Counted from the first letter of the stretch, positions 22,041 through 34,297 are shown. The stretch is DNA of 64,000 nt from an uncultured Planctomycetaceae bacterium (GCA_963813715.1 CAWFAK010000012.1:320001-384000), one strand, 5' to 3'. The notes: generated from the letters alone by a model not told the origin. Made by a program: numbers and translations.

Positions 22041-23475
22041 GTGCGGCGACTTTGCTTGTTGACTATCGGAGCGTTGGCCGCCGCAATTGGGGCGATAGCC
22101 GGCGCGGCGCGTGCCGACTCGTGGCCGCAGTTTCGCGGTCCCAACGGTTCGGGCCGGCCGACCGTCGACGCGCCGCTGCCAGCGGAAATCGGTCCGAACA
22201 AGAACGTGGTGTGGGCGACCGAGCTTCCCGGCGGGCACTCGTCTCCCGTCGTCGTGGCCGATCGCATCTTTCTGACGGCCGAGCGCGACAAGCACCTGCT
22301 GACGCTGGCCCTCGAGCGCGCCACCGGCAAGGTTCTTTGGGAGCGTGACGCAAACAACGAGCGATTGGAGGAAATTCACCACATCGGCAGCCATGCGCAG
22401 GCGTCGCCAGCGGCCGACAGCGAACGGGTGGTGACCTTCTTCGGCTCGTCGGGGCTCTGCTGCTACGACCATTGTGGCAAGCTGCTCTGGAAGGTGCCGC
22501 TGGGCCCGTTCAAGAATAACTACGGTGCGGCTAGCTCACCCATTCTGGTGGGCAACCTGGTGATTCTGAACCAGGACCATGACATCGATTCATTTTTGCT
22601 GGCCGTCGACAAGCAAAGCGGAAAGGTCGTGTGGAAAACCGACCGGTCCGAGTTTCCCCGCGGCTTCTCCACGCCCATCGTCTGGAGCAACGAAGGCCAA
22701 CGCCAGATCGTGGTGTCCGGCGGACTCCGCGTGTGCGGCTACGATTCCGCGCGGGCGCGAGCTCTGGACCGTTCGCGGCTCCGCGCGAACGTGCAGCATG
22801 ACGCCGGTCGTCGGCAGTGACGGTACGCTCTTCGTCACCGAGTGGACGCCCGGCGGCGACGAATCCGATCACATCGTCGCCGATTCATTTGAGGAAATGA
22901 CCGCCCGCTACGACGCCAACAAGAACAACCAGCTCGAGCGGAGCGAGATGCCCGCCGGTCCGCTGGCGAGCCGCTTCGACCAGATCGACCGCAACAAAGA
23001 CGGGCACATCACGGCCCGCGAGTACGAGTGGGCCCGCAACATCTTCAATTCCGCGCAAAACGCCACGCTGGCAATCAGCCCCGGCGCTCGCGGCGAGGCC
23101 ACCGATTCGCACGTTCGTCTGGCGCTACGCGAAGAACCTGCCCTACATCCCCTCGCCCGTCTTCGACGGCGGCCGGCTCTACATGGTCAAGAGCGGCGGG
23201 ATCGTGTCTTGCGTCGACGCGACCAGCGGACGGCTGCTCAAGCAAAAGCGGGCGCCGGCGCGCACGACTATTACAGTTCGCCCGTGGTCGGCGACGGCAA
23301 GCTGCTCGTCGTGGACGTCGAGGGCGGCGCGACGATGTTTTCCGCCACGCCCGAGCTCAAGGTGATCTCGACGGCCGACTTCGACGAGCCGACGTACGCC
23401 ACGCCCGCTCTGGTCGACGGCCGGATTTATCTCCGCACGAGCAAACGGCTCTACTGCTTCGGCAATTCACGCTGA
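22041..23475 (+). CDS. PQQ-like/BamB-type beta-propeller protein with EF-hand insertion (frameshifts ~22750, ~23120, ~23255)
   Basis: Signal peptide, WPQFRGPNGSG, GHSSPVV, AASSPI, YSSPV, ATPALVDGRIYLRT..LYCFG. Confidence 0.88.
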
Positions 23476-24365
23476 GCCGTTCCGCGTAGCTCGGCGGGAA
23501 ATGAAAAGTCCCCGACGATCTGCGGCACATAGCGGGCCAGCGCGTTTTGCCAGGTCGGCAATGCGGATCCGATGGTCGCTGACAGCCTCGAGCAGTCGAG
23601 CACGCTATACGCCGGGCGTTTGGCTTTTTGCGGAAAGTCTCGCGAGGGAATCGCGGCCACGGCCACGTCGAGTCCGGCCGCCCGAAAGATTTCGCGGGCA
23701 AAGCCGTGCCAGGTCGTCTCGCCGGAGTTGGTCGCGTGGTACAGGCCGAAACGACGGCTCTCGAGCAGCCTCCAAATTGCCACGGCAATGTCGGCGGCGT
23801 AGCTGGGCGTGCAGTGCTGATCGTCGACCACCTTGAGCGGCCGCCCCTCGGCCGCCATCCGCAGCATCGTCCGCACAAAGTTTCCCTTTCCGGCCGATTG
23901 GGCACGACCGTAAAGGCCGCAGGTGCGGACGACAAAATGCGCCGAACACTCCGCTTGCACAAGCTCCTCGCCTGCCAGCTTGCTCGTGGCGTAGACGCTG
24001 GCTGGCGCAGGCGACTCGGTTTCGACGTGCGGCGTGCGACCTGGAGAATCAGTGAAGACGTAGTCGGTGCTCACGTGCACGAGCGTAGCATTTTGGGCCG
24101 CGCACCAACGTGCGAGGTTCTGTGGTCCTAGCGCGTTGACGGCGTGCGCAAGTTCGGGTTCGTCCTCCGCCCGATCGACAAAATTGTACGCGGCCGCATT
24201 GATGACCCAATCGGCCCCGGCCTTCGTCAGCGCAGACTCGACACTCGCCATTTCGCGAATCTCGATGTCGGCGTGGCCCAGCGGCACGAGCGAAACCTCA
24301 GCGGGACGGCTGGCGGCAACCGCCGTTCCCAATTGGCCGGCTGCGCCGACGAGGGCAACTTTCAT
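23451..24365 (-). CDS. rfbD: dTDP-4-dehydrorhamnose reductase
   Basis: GAAGQLG, NAAAY, STDYVF, YATSKLAGE, VDDQHCTP, KRPAYSVLD. Confidence 0.93.
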   Translation of the reverse strand: MKVALVGAAGQLGTAVAASRPAEVSLVPLGHADIEIREMASVESALTKAGADWVINAAAYNFVDRAEDEPELAHAVNALGPQNLARWCAAQNATLVHVSTDYVFTDSPGRTPHVETESPAPASVYATSKLAGEELVQAECSAHFVVRTCGLYGRAQSAGKGNFVRTMLRMAAEGRPLKVVDDQHCTPSYAADIAVAIWRLLESRRFGLYHATNSGETTWHGFAREIFRAAGLDVAVAAIPSRDFPQKAKRPAYSVLDCSRLSATIGSALPTWQNALARYVPQIVGDFSFPAELRGTAQRELPKQ

Positions 24366-24666
24366 GGAACTCTCTTTCCCCCGCGCGGCAATTGCTTCGC
24401 AGGCCAAGTGTCAGCGGATTCAGCGTCGATTCAGTTAAGAGCACAGTCGATGACAAAAGTGCACAAGCGCGCCCTCTTCTCACCACGCCAGGAAGATTTT
24501 TGACCTCAAAATCGCGGAAACACGGAGCACTTCTCACCAATCCGTCATCTTGCGCCGTGTTGATTCGGAACCTTTGGTTCTGGGATCGGTTTAAAGAGTA
24601 TAGAATCGCTTAGCGGCCACATGAGCAAGCGACCGATTTTGAAACGTTTGTTCACTGGAGCATTTC

Positions 24667-26732
24667 ATGGCTCGGACGCAAACGCAAGCCGCCAAAATGA
24701 CCCGCAGTCTGGCGCGATTTTGGTCGGCGCGAGTTGGCTTGAGCGTGATGGTGGTCGTGGCTTTGAGCGCCGCGACGGCTTTCGCTCAGGATGACAAGCA
24801 GCGCCGAAGTCGGCCACGGGCGACGCGAGTCACTCCGCGACCAAGGGCGACGCGAGTGATGCCGCGACCAAAGGCGAAAAGGGCTCGGCCAAGGGCGAGC
24901 ACTCATCCAAAGGTGAGAAGTCGTGGGGCACTGACTCCTACACGCCGAAACCGGCCACGCATCGCCCGCGTCCGAATGTCGACCTCAAGGATTCTGCCGC
25001 GGTCGCCGCGGCCGTCGATAAGCTGATCCTCGCCAACCTGACCGAGTCGGGAACGCAGCCGGCGCCACGCACCTCGGACGAGGACTTCTTGCGGCGGATC
25101 CACTTCGACCTGGTGGGAACGGTGCCAAGCGCTCGTGAAGTGACGTTGTTCGGCCTCGATCCCGATCCCCAGAAGCGGGACAAGCTCATTGATCGCCTGC
25201 TCAAGAGCGATGAATACTCTCACAACTGGGCCGAATACTGGCGCGACACGATCTTTCTCCGCGCGACCGACATGAAATCTCGCATCGTCGAGGGCGCATT
25301 CGAGAAATGGATGTCCGATCAAATCCGCGAGAACCAGGGCTGGGACAAGATCGTGACGACGCTGCTCACCGCCTCGGGGCCCGTCGCCGATCACGGCGAG
25401 ACGGGGTTGATCTTCGCGCATGGTGGCCAGGCCGATGAGTTGGCGGCCGAAAGCTCGCGAATTTTCCTGGGCATCCAGATTCAGTGCGCCAACTGTCACG
25501 ACCATCCGTCGGACAAATGGAAGCGACAGCAGTTCCACGCATTGGCGGCGTTCTTCCCCCGGGTGAGCGTCCGGCGGATGAAGGGAAGCACCGATCCGCG
25601 AGCCTTCGAGGTTGCGTCCTACGAAGTGCCGGCCGGAGCCAAAGGTAAAGGCAAGGGCGGCAATTTGCAGGAACATCCGGAGCGGCTCTTCGCACGCTTC
25701 GATCGCAATCACGATGGCCGGATCACACGGGCCGAGGTCAAAAACACCAACTTTGAAAAGCCGTTCGAGCGATTGCTGACCCAGGCCGGCAAAAAGGACG
25801 GCTCGCTGACATTAAAGGAAATCAAAGACATTCCCCCGGCCAATCAGAAGGGGCCGCAGGCCGAGCACTACATGCCCGACCTCAAGAATCCGTCGTCCAA
25901 GGGAACCAAGATGGAGCCCGTCTTCTTCGTCAACGGCAAGCGGCCGAAGGCCGGCCTGCCCGACGAAGAACGGCGTCACGCGCTGGCGAAATACCTCACC
26001 GCCGACTCGGATCCCTGGTTCTCCCGCGCCTACGTGAACCGGATGTGGAACGAGATGGTCGGCGAAGGGTTTTACATGCCGGTCGACGATATGGGTCCGC
26101 AGCGGCAAGCGCGGATGCCCGAGGTGCTCGACCTGCTGGCCGATGCCTGGACGGCCAACCACTACGACATGCAGTGGCTGTTCCGCACGATTTCCCACAC
26201 CGAAGCGTATCAGCGCGAGATTCGCCCCAAGGATCCGTCGGTCGAGTCGCCGCCCGTCTTTGCGGCGAGCACCCCCAAGCGTTTGCGGGCCGATCAGCTG
26301 TTCAACGCGATCTGCAAGGTGCTGGGCATCGAGGGCGTCGATGCGAAAGAATCGGAAGGGCCGGGCAAAGGCAAGCGGCCGCTGCGCAATCCGCGGGCTC
26401 AGTTCGCGTTTCTGTTCGGCTACGATCCGTCGACGAGCCAGGACGACCTGACGGGCAACGTGCCGCAGGCCCTGTTCATGATGAACTCACGGCTGATCAA
26501 CAGCCTGATCCACGCTCAAGGCAAGACCCGCCTGGCGACGATCCTGGAAAAATACCCGGAGAACAAGGACGCCGTCCGCGAGGTCTACGTGCTGACTTTG
26601 GCCCGCGAACCGTCCGAAAAGGAAGAGAAGGTCTGCCTCAATTACGTCAAGGACGTCGGCAACCGCCACGAGGGTTTTGAAGACGTCATGTGGAGCCTGA
26701 TGAACTCCAGCGAGTTCCTCTCGAAGCGCTAA
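24667..26732 (+). CDS. DUF1549/DUF1553 (PSD1) protein with EF-hand insertion (frameshift ~24800)
   Basis: Signal peptide AFA-Q; DEDFLRRIHFDLVG; IQCANCHDHP; YVNRMW; RLRADQL; PQALFMMN; WSLMNSSEF. Confidence 0.88.
24816..24918 (+). repeat. Intragenic 27-bp tandem repeat (2 copies plus degenerate units) encoding TGDASHSAT/KGDASDAAT/KGEK linker
   Basis: acgggcgacgcgagtcactccgcgacc followed by aagggcgacgcgagtgatgccgcgacc. Confidence 0.7.
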
Positions 26733-26840
26733 CGTTCCCTTGAACTGCGCTCGGAAATACGCTCCGCGTCACGGGAAGAATACGGCTAATCGCTCGCGCG
26801 GCGTCCGAGTGCCTCGCGTCCGCCTATCAAGGATTTGGCC

Positions 26841-28124
26841 ATGAGCCTCTTTCATCACCAACACGTGCAATTCCTCAACCGATACGACTTGTCGCGCCGC
26901 AGCTTCCTGCAGTTCGTTTCGGCCGGCGCTGTCGCCGCCGGGACGCTCAACTTCCGCCAGCTGATGAGCCTGCAGGCGGCCGAGCTGCGGAAGCAGGACC
27001 GGGCGATGATCCTCTTGTGGATGCAAGGCGGACCAAGCCAGTTCGAGACATTCGATCCCAAGCCCCGCACCGAAAACGGCGGCCAGACGCAGGCGATCGC
27101 CACGGCCGTCTCGGGAATTCAAATTGCCAACGGCTGGGAGCAAACCGCCAAAGTGATGAAGGATGTCGCCCTGCTCCGCTCCGTCACGAATAAAGAGGGA
27201 CAACACCAGCGGGCCACCTACCAGTTGCACACGGGCTATCTGCCGACGGGCAGCGTGCGTCACCCCAGCCTGGCGGCCAACATCGCCAAGCAAATCGCCG
27301 ATCTCACCCGCGACCTGCCGGCCGTCGTTTCGGTCGGCCAGACGATCGGCTCGGGCTACTTGGGCGTCGATTACGAACCGTTCGTCGTCGACAATCCGAG
27401 CCAGTTGCCGCGGAATCTCGAGGCGCCGGTGTCCGCGACCCGCTATTCGCGGCGGCTCGGCCTGCTCGACAAGCTCGAGGATGATTTTGGCGGCCGCGGC
27501 GGCCAGACGGTCGTCGACAACCACCGTCGGCTGTATACCAAGGCCTCCAAGATGGCACTGAGTTCGAGCGTCAAAGCCTTCGACATCAACCAGGAGCCGG
27601 AAAACGTCCGCGCCAAATACGGCGACAGCGATTTCGGCCGCGGTTGCCTGCTGGCTCGCCGCCTGGTCGAAGCGGGCGTGACCTTCGTCGAAGTGCAGAG
27701 CCGCGGCTGGGACACGCACGACGACGTCTTTAATCGCGTCTCGAAGCTGACCTCGGACGTCGATCCGGGCTTTGCCGCCCTGGTGAGCGACCTCAAGGAG
27801 CGCGGCAGGCTCGACAAAACGCTCATCGTGTGGATGGGCGAATTCGGTCGCACGCCCAAGATCAACCCGCGCGGCGGACGCGACCACTATCCGCGGGTCT
27901 TTAACGCGGCCATCGCCGGCGGCGGAATCAAGGGCGGACAAGTGATCGGTTCGTCGTCGTCCGACGGCACGACCGTGCAGGACCGGCCCGTGACGATTCC
28001 CGATCTCTTCTGCTCGGTCTGCAAGTCGCTGGAGATCAACCCGCGCGTCGAGTCGATCAGCCCACTCGGCCGTCCGCTCAAGATCGTCGATGGCGGCAAG
28101 CCGGTCGGCGAGCTGTTCGCCTGA
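26841..28124 (+). CDS. DUF1501 domain protein (Tat-exported)
   Basis: SRRSFLQ, LWMQGGPSQFETFDPKP, CLLARRLVEAGV, WDTH, GEFGRTP, GRDH. Confidence 0.92.
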   Translation: MSLFHHQHVQFLNRYDLSRRSFLQFVSAGAVAAGTLNFRQLMSLQAAELRKQDRAMILLWMQGGPSQFETFDPKPRTENGGQTQAIATAVSGIQIANGWEQTAKVMKDVALLRSVTNKEGQHQRATYQLHTGYLPTGSVRHPSLAANIAKQIADLTRDLPAVVSVGQTIGSGYLGVDYEPFVVDNPSQLPRNLEAPVSATRYSRRLGLLDKLEDDFGGRGGQTVVDNHRRLYTKASKMALSSSVKAFDINQEPENVRAKYGDSDFGRGCLLARRLVEAGVTFVEVQSRGWDTHDDVFNRVSKLTSDVDPGFAALVSDLKERGRLDKTLIVWMGEFGRTPKINPRGGRDHYPRVFNAAIAGGGIKGGQVIGSSSSDGTTVQDRPVTIPDLFCSVCKSLEINPRVESISPLGRPLKIVDGGKPVGELFA

Positions 28125-28160
28125 CCGACGTCGCGAGCAAACGTCCTCTGGTTCGAGCGT

Positions 28161-28472
28161 TTAAGCGCGCTGTGTCGCCGGCTCGAAACGGATTGCCGGA
28201 CGCCGACGGGCGAGCGGGCTCCGTCGGGCAAAGCGAAGCACGCGTGCAACCACGGGGACGAGGATCCGCTCGCGAGCCCACGCCTGCCATCGGCCCTCGT
28301 TTTGTCGCAGCGCCATGCGAAGCCACATCAGCGCGAACAGGGCGTACGCGATCCACAGCCCGGCCGTGATTAGATCGGGAGATAGTTCCCACGGGCGAAA
28401 CTCGGCCCGCTGGAGCGCGAGCAGGTTCTGCGCTTGTTGCTCTGGGGTGAGGCCCACTTGATTGTCGAGCAT
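28161..28472 (-). CDS. Small hypothetical single-pass membrane protein
   Basis: AAGGA RBS before ATG; TM segment LITAGLWIAYALFALMWL; fills an otherwise empty gap. Confidence 0.5.
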   Translation of the reverse strand: MLDNQVGLTPEQQAQNLLALQRAEFRPWELSPDLITAGLWIAYALFALMWLRMALRQNEGRWQAWARERILVPVVARVLRFARRSPLARRRPAIRFEPATQRA

Positions 28473-28778
28473 CGCACGAGTCCTTGTTCCGGGCAGCCTT
28501 GGCAAAATCGCCCGACCGCTCCCAGTTGAGGCGTCAGAAAGCTGGCGAGCGGACGCCAGTTCGGTCCGAAACGCACGATTGACCGGCAGAATTCCGGCGA
28601 GCCAGTCGAATTCCGGGATTTTTCGGCAATTGGAAAAATTGCGCGTCCGGTGGGCCGCGTGTTCGTCGCCTTAATTCAATAAGGGAAATGGAGCGGCGAC
28701 TCGGACACACGATTTCCGTGATTGGCGATGATTCACCCCCCGGGGTGTTTAGAATCGGGCGGGGGTTCATTTCAGATC

Positions 28779-29393
28779 ATGGCCCGGTCCGTCATGCCGG
28801 ATAGCCCGGCTCAACCACTACCAGAAGGCGAGCTGCCCGCTCTGCTCGACGAAGCGAAGCAGGGCTCGCAGGAGGCAATCGGTGCGCTCCTGGAGCGGCA
28901 CCGCGCCTATCTGTGGGCGCTCGCCCACGAAGAAATCGCCGGCGAATCCCACCTGACGCACACCGTGGCGGACATCGTGCAATCGGCCCAATTGGAGGCC
29001 CTGCGCGATCTGGCCTCGTTTCGCGGGTCGTCGGAAGGGGAGTTTCGATCGTGGCTGCGTCACATCCTTCGCAACAATGTGCTCGACTTGAAACGGGCTC
29101 GCGAGCGACGTCTGCCGCGGGCCGGCCCCGAGGCGGCGCCGGTCGAAGAGCAATGCGATCTCGACGATCGCAGTCCCAGCAGCCAGGTTTCGGCCGGCGA
29201 GCTGGGAGACAAGCTCCGCTCGACGATCGGCGAGCTGCCGCCCGATGAGCGAATGGTGATCGAAATGCACTACTTTCAGGGCAAGACGTACGCGGAAATC
29301 GGCGAATGCATCGGCCGCACTCCCGAGGCAGTCCGCAAACTGTGGGGGCGGGCGCTCGTTCGGCTGCAGTCGATAACAAGGAAGCTCCAATGA
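28779..29393 (+). CDS. ECF sigma-70 factor, planctomycete kinase-associated type
   Basis: ADIVQ, FRGSSEGEFRSWLRHIL, SPS, YAEIG..GRTPEAVRKLWGRAL; ATGA overlap with the kinase. Confidence 0.9.
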   Translation: MARSVMPDSPAQPLPEGELPALLDEAKQGSQEAIGALLERHRAYLWALAHEEIAGESHLTHTVADIVQSAQLEALRDLASFRGSSEGEFRSWLRHILRNNVLDLKRARERRLPRAGPEAAPVEEQCDLDDRSPSSQVSAGELGDKLRSTIGELPPDERMVIEMHYFQGKTYAEIGECIGRTPEAVRKLWGRALVRLQSITRKLQ

Positions 29394-32300
29394 CCCCCCC
29401 GGAGCCCGTACAAGCCGATCTGGATCCGGCGCTGGAACATCTGATGTCGGAGTTGGACGACGCGCTCTTCGACGGGCGGCCGACCGGGGACTTCGAACAT
29501 CAGATCGCCGAGCAATTCGGTGCAGCCTCCGCGGAGATCGTGGCCACGCTCAAGGCCCTGCATTCCGTGCGTCCTGGTGGCACGGCGTACGCCGAGCAGA
29601 CGCGGGGCACAGCGGACGGCACCACGTGGGTCCGCGCGACAAGCGGCCTGGAAAAGACCGTCTTCGGCCGCTTCGAGATCCTCGAACGGCTGGGCTCCGG
29701 CGGCGCGGGGACCGTGTTTCGGGCCCGAGATTCCCGGCTCGCGCGGTTGATCGCCCTCAAGGTCGCCCGGGCCGAGGCTCTCTTTTCGAGCGAAGCCAAG
29801 CAACGCTTCGTGCGCGAGGCCCAAACGCTGGCCGCGCTACGGCATCCGAACATCATTCCGATCTACGAATTCGGCGAGTCCGGCGGACTTCCCTACATCG
29901 TCGAAGAACTGTGCGACGGGCCTAACCTGGCGATCTGGCTGCGGGACAACGCCGCGACCGGCAAACCCGTCTCCGTCCGATCCGCCGTCGAGTGGATTCT
30001 GCTCCTGGCCGAGGCGGTCGCCCACGCGCACCGCTCCGGCATTGTGCATCGCGATCTCAAACCGTCGAATGTGTTGCTGTCGCGGCCGGCCGAGCATGCT
30101 TCGGGAACTGTTCCTCGGGTCAAGAGCGAAAAACTCGTACCGCGCGTGTCCGACTTCGGCATCGCCAAGCTGTTCGAGACTGAGGAGTCGGTCACGGCGA
30201 GCCAGGCCGTGCTGGGGACCGCCGCTTATATGGCCCCCGAACAGGCCGAGGGACGTTCTCGGGAAGTCGGTCCGCCGGCCGACGTCTACTCGTTGGGAGT
30301 GATCCTCTACGAGCTGCTCACCGGCCAGCGACCGATCGAGGGCCGTAGCGACGTGGACACGCTGCGACGCGTGTTGACCGACGAACCGCTACCGCTCACT
30401 CAGGTACGGCGCGATGTGCCGATCGACTTGGAAGCGATCTGTCTAAAGTGCTTGGACAAGGAATCGGGCGAGCGTTACCCGTCTGCAGCCGAACTTGCGG
30501 AAGACTTGGCGCATTTCCTCAAGGGCGAGCCCGTTTCGGCCCGGCGTCTGCGTCCGGTCGCCCGGCTCTTCCGGCAGATGCGACGGCGTCAGTTGCCACC
30601 GGCGCTGGCGGTCGCCGCGTTTTTCGCCCTGTCGATTGCCGCCGTCCTGGGGATACTCATAATCCGCACTCGCAACGGCGACGTCATTATCTGGCAGTCG
30701 AAGAGCCCGGACAAGCCGCAACGGACCCTCGCCAACAGTCAGACGTATCCCGAAGACATTCATCGCGTTGATCTTCTGCTCCACCGCGCCGAGCCGGACA
30801 TCACGGTTCGGCGTGCGACCGCGAACGAGGCCAGGCGGATTCTTGCCAAATATATTCCGGCGTCGGAGGAAAAAGATCTGCGCGGTTTCGAGTGGCGCTA
30901 TTTGTGGAAAACCGCCGACCCTCAGGCGTTTGCGCCGACCTTCGCAGCGCAGCGCACGGTTTCCGCACATGGCGGCATCGCGTACTTTGTCGCCTTTTCG
31001 GCCAATGGCCGCTTCGTCGCGACCGGTTCTGACGACAAAACGGCCCGCGTCTGGGACGTCGCGACCGGAAAACTGAAGGTCATCCTCTCGGGGCACACGG
31101 GCGATGTGAACTGCGTGGCGTTTTCGCCGGACGGAAAAACTTTGGCGACCGCGAGCGACGACGGGACCGTTCGATTGTGGAACGTCGAGACGGGCACGTT
31201 CCGCGAAGTCATCTGGAAACTTGCCGGTGCGACTATCGGGGTGGCCTTCAATCCGGCAAATGGCCAGCTCGCCTGCGCCGCCTCGAACGGCACCCTGGCG
31301 ATTTTTGACTGCGCCTCTTCCAAGCTGGTCGCCACCATTCAGGCGCACCCAGGCCAGAAGATCGACGACCTGTGCTTCTCTTCCGACGGGAAGATGCTCG
31401 CGACAGCCGGGAGGGATGCAACGGCGCGATTGTGGGATCCTTCCGCCAACTATCGTCAGGTTGCCGCGTTTCAAGTTCCCGACGCGAGATCCGTCGGATT
31501 CAGTCACGACCGGCAGCAGCTGGCCGTCGGCTCCTCCTTCGCAGCTCGCGTCTATCGCATTCGTACCGGCGAACTTCTCTCGCAGATCCCCATCGAGGGC
31601 CAGAAAGTCCGTTGCGTGCGATTCAGCGAGGACGATTCCTCGTTGCTCACCGCCGGAGACCGATCAACCGCGTGCCTGGTGGATCTGACGACGGGCGAGA
31701 TCTGGGATCCGTTCGGCACTTCCGAGGTGCTCTGGTGCGCTGCGTTCTCGCCGAACGGCAAATTGGTTGCAACTACCGACGCGACCGGAAAGCTCGTCCT
31801 CTGGGATTGTTCCGCCCGGCTGGGTTTTCGTGGGACCGAGCTCGATGTTCCGGCCGGGTCGCCCGCTGCGCGCCTGGCAATCTCTTCCGATGGTGGACGA
31901 ATCGCGGTTGCCGCTGACGCCGTCGCGGTCAAAAACCAGAACGGCGCCGGTGAACTCGCAGTTTGGGACGTCGCGCTTCCACAGCCCAAACGCTTGCTAC
32001 AACTTGCTTCCAACAAGGCGGGCGGCCAATTTCGCGACGTCGCCTTTAGCCCCGATGGAAGCGCCATCGCGTATGGCGAACACCAACCCCAAGAACGGGC
32101 GCGATCACATTCGGGTCGTCGATGCGGCGACAGGGAGTTCGCGATTCGACATCGACGCGGGTCAAGTCGATTCTCTCTTCTACACTCCCGGAGGCTCACT
32201 GCTCGCTTCTCAAGAGCGCGGCGGCAGCCCGGCGAGTCTGCGGCTCCAGATTCGCGACGCCCGAACCGGCACGGATGTTCGCACGATTCCCCTCGGATCG

Positions 32301-32915
32301 AACCCGGCTCTGTTTGCGTTTTCGCCCAGCGAGAATCTCTTCGTGTCAGCCGGCCAGAAGCACGATTCCCCAATCGAACTGTTCCGTCTGCCCGACCAAA
32401 AACGCGCCGCCACGCTCAATGGATTTGGCGAGACCATTCATGCTCTGGCAATCACCAAGGACGGGAGGCACCTCATCGGGCGGGGCGACGGAGGATACAT
32501 CGCCGTTCTCTCGCGAGAGACGGGATCCATCGTCCGTCAATTCACCGTAGCTGAGGCCTCTTCGGTCGATGGTTACGCGATGACCATTTCTCCCGATGGA
32601 CGCGCGCTGGCAATCGGATCGAAAAACTCGATCGTGCTTGCCGACTTTGAGAGCGGCCAAGCGATGTGTTCGCTGCCACTTCCAGCTGAAATGAAGGCCG
32701 TCGCATCGATCGCATTTGCATCGGATGGCCGGACGGTGGTAGCAAGCGCAGTGACGGCCGGAGGTCATTGCGGAGTGTACCTCTGGCAAGTGCGTGACAG
32801 CCCGGTCGCGCGGTCTCACGCAGGAGACGCGAAACTCTCGCGAGTCCTCACACCCGCACCTCGCCATGTGCCACCACGCGATCTCCAGAGCACTCCGTTC
32901 GAATCGGTCCGATGA
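29390..32915 (+). CDS. Ser/Thr protein kinase with C-terminal WD40 repeats (frameshift ~32097)
   Basis: [28 protein letters not shown], hydrophobic segment, [10 protein letters not shown]40 repeats (GH..VAFSPDG..WN/WD). Confidence 0.9.
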
Positions 32916-34297
32916 CGTCGCGCACGAACGCGTCGACTTGCTCGGGGGCCCGTCCGACAAACTTGCGGGCGTCGAGTGCGCTCTCGAGATCGACGCCGGC
33001 AAAGGCGCCGTCCGATTTCAGTCGGTCAATCAGGTCGTTGGCCGCCCCCTCGTCCTTCACCTGGCGCGCGGCTTCCTGGCTGTGAACGCGGATCCGCTCG
33101 TGCAGCACTTGCCGATCGCCGCCCGCCCGCACGCCGGCCATCAGGATTTCCTCGGTCGCCAGGAACGGCAGCTCCTCGCGCAAGTTTCGCTCGACCACGC
33201 GCGGGTGAACGACCAACCCTTCGATCACGTTGCGGTAGAGAATGAGCACCGCGTCGATCGCCAAAAACGCCTGCGGCAGCGACAGCCGGCGGTTGGCGCT
33301 GTCGTCGAGCGTGCGTTCCATCCACTGCGTCGCCGCGGTCTGTTCGGCATTCCCGGCGAGACTGATCGCGAATCGCGACAGCGCGCACATCCGCTCAGAG
33401 CGCATCGGGTTCCGTTTGTAGGCCATCGCCGACGAGCCGATCTGCTTGCTCTCGAACGGCTCGTCGATCTCCTTGCGGCTCTGGAGAATCCGTAGATCGG
33501 TCCCGGCCTTGTGCGCCGACTGCCCGACGCCCGCCAACGCGGCCAGTACCTGCGCGTCGACCTTGCGCGAGTACGTCTGCCCGGTGACCGGATACGAGGC
33601 CGCGAATCCCATCTTCTCGGCGACGCGTCGGTCGAGCGTCGCAACCTTCGCGTGGTCCCCGTCGAACAGCGACAAAAAGCTGGCTTGCGTGCCGGTCGTC
33701 CCCTTGGCGCCGCGAAACTTGAGCTGCGCCAGGCGATGCTCGACCTCCTCGAGATCGAGCACCAGATCGTAGCACCACAGCGTGGCCCGCTTGCCGACTG
33801 TGGTCGGCTGGGCGGGCTGCAGATGCGTCAAACCCAGGCAGGGCAAGTCGCGATGCTTTTCGGCGAATCGGGCGAGTGCATCGATGACCGCGACCAGCCC
33901 GCTCTGCACCAAGCTGCAGGCTTTCGCGAATCAGGATCAACTCGGTGTTGTCGGTGACGAAGGCGCTCGTCGCTCCCAGGTGCAGGATGCCGCCGGCTCC
34001 CGGGCAGCGATCGCGATACGTATAGACGTGGGCCATCACGTCGTGCCGCAGCTCGCGTTCGTAGCGGGCGGCCAGCTCGAAGTCGATGTCGTCGACGGCG
34101 GCGGCCAGCTCGTCGATTTGCGCCTGCGTGATCGGCAGCCCAAGTTCGCGCTCAGCCTCGGCCAGCGCGACCCACAGCTTGCGCCAGGTCGAGTGGATGC
34201 GCTGCCGCGACCAGAGCCGGCACATCGCTTCCGAGGCGTAGCGGCCAATCAGGGGATTTTCGTAAAGCTCTTGCGGCGCTCGGCTGGAACTCGCCAC
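32848..34297 (-). CDS. purB: Adenylosuccinate lyase (frameshift ~33911)
   Basis: [52 protein letters not shown]. Confidence 0.93.

Noticed and set aside
24816..24918. CRISPR-like repeat
   Set aside because: In-frame coding repeat with no spacers; no cas genes or arrays anywhere in the window.
33900..33920. Programmed frameshifting or pseudogenes in purB and other genes
   Set aside because: No consistent slippery sites, and the number and spread across core genes fit sequencing error.
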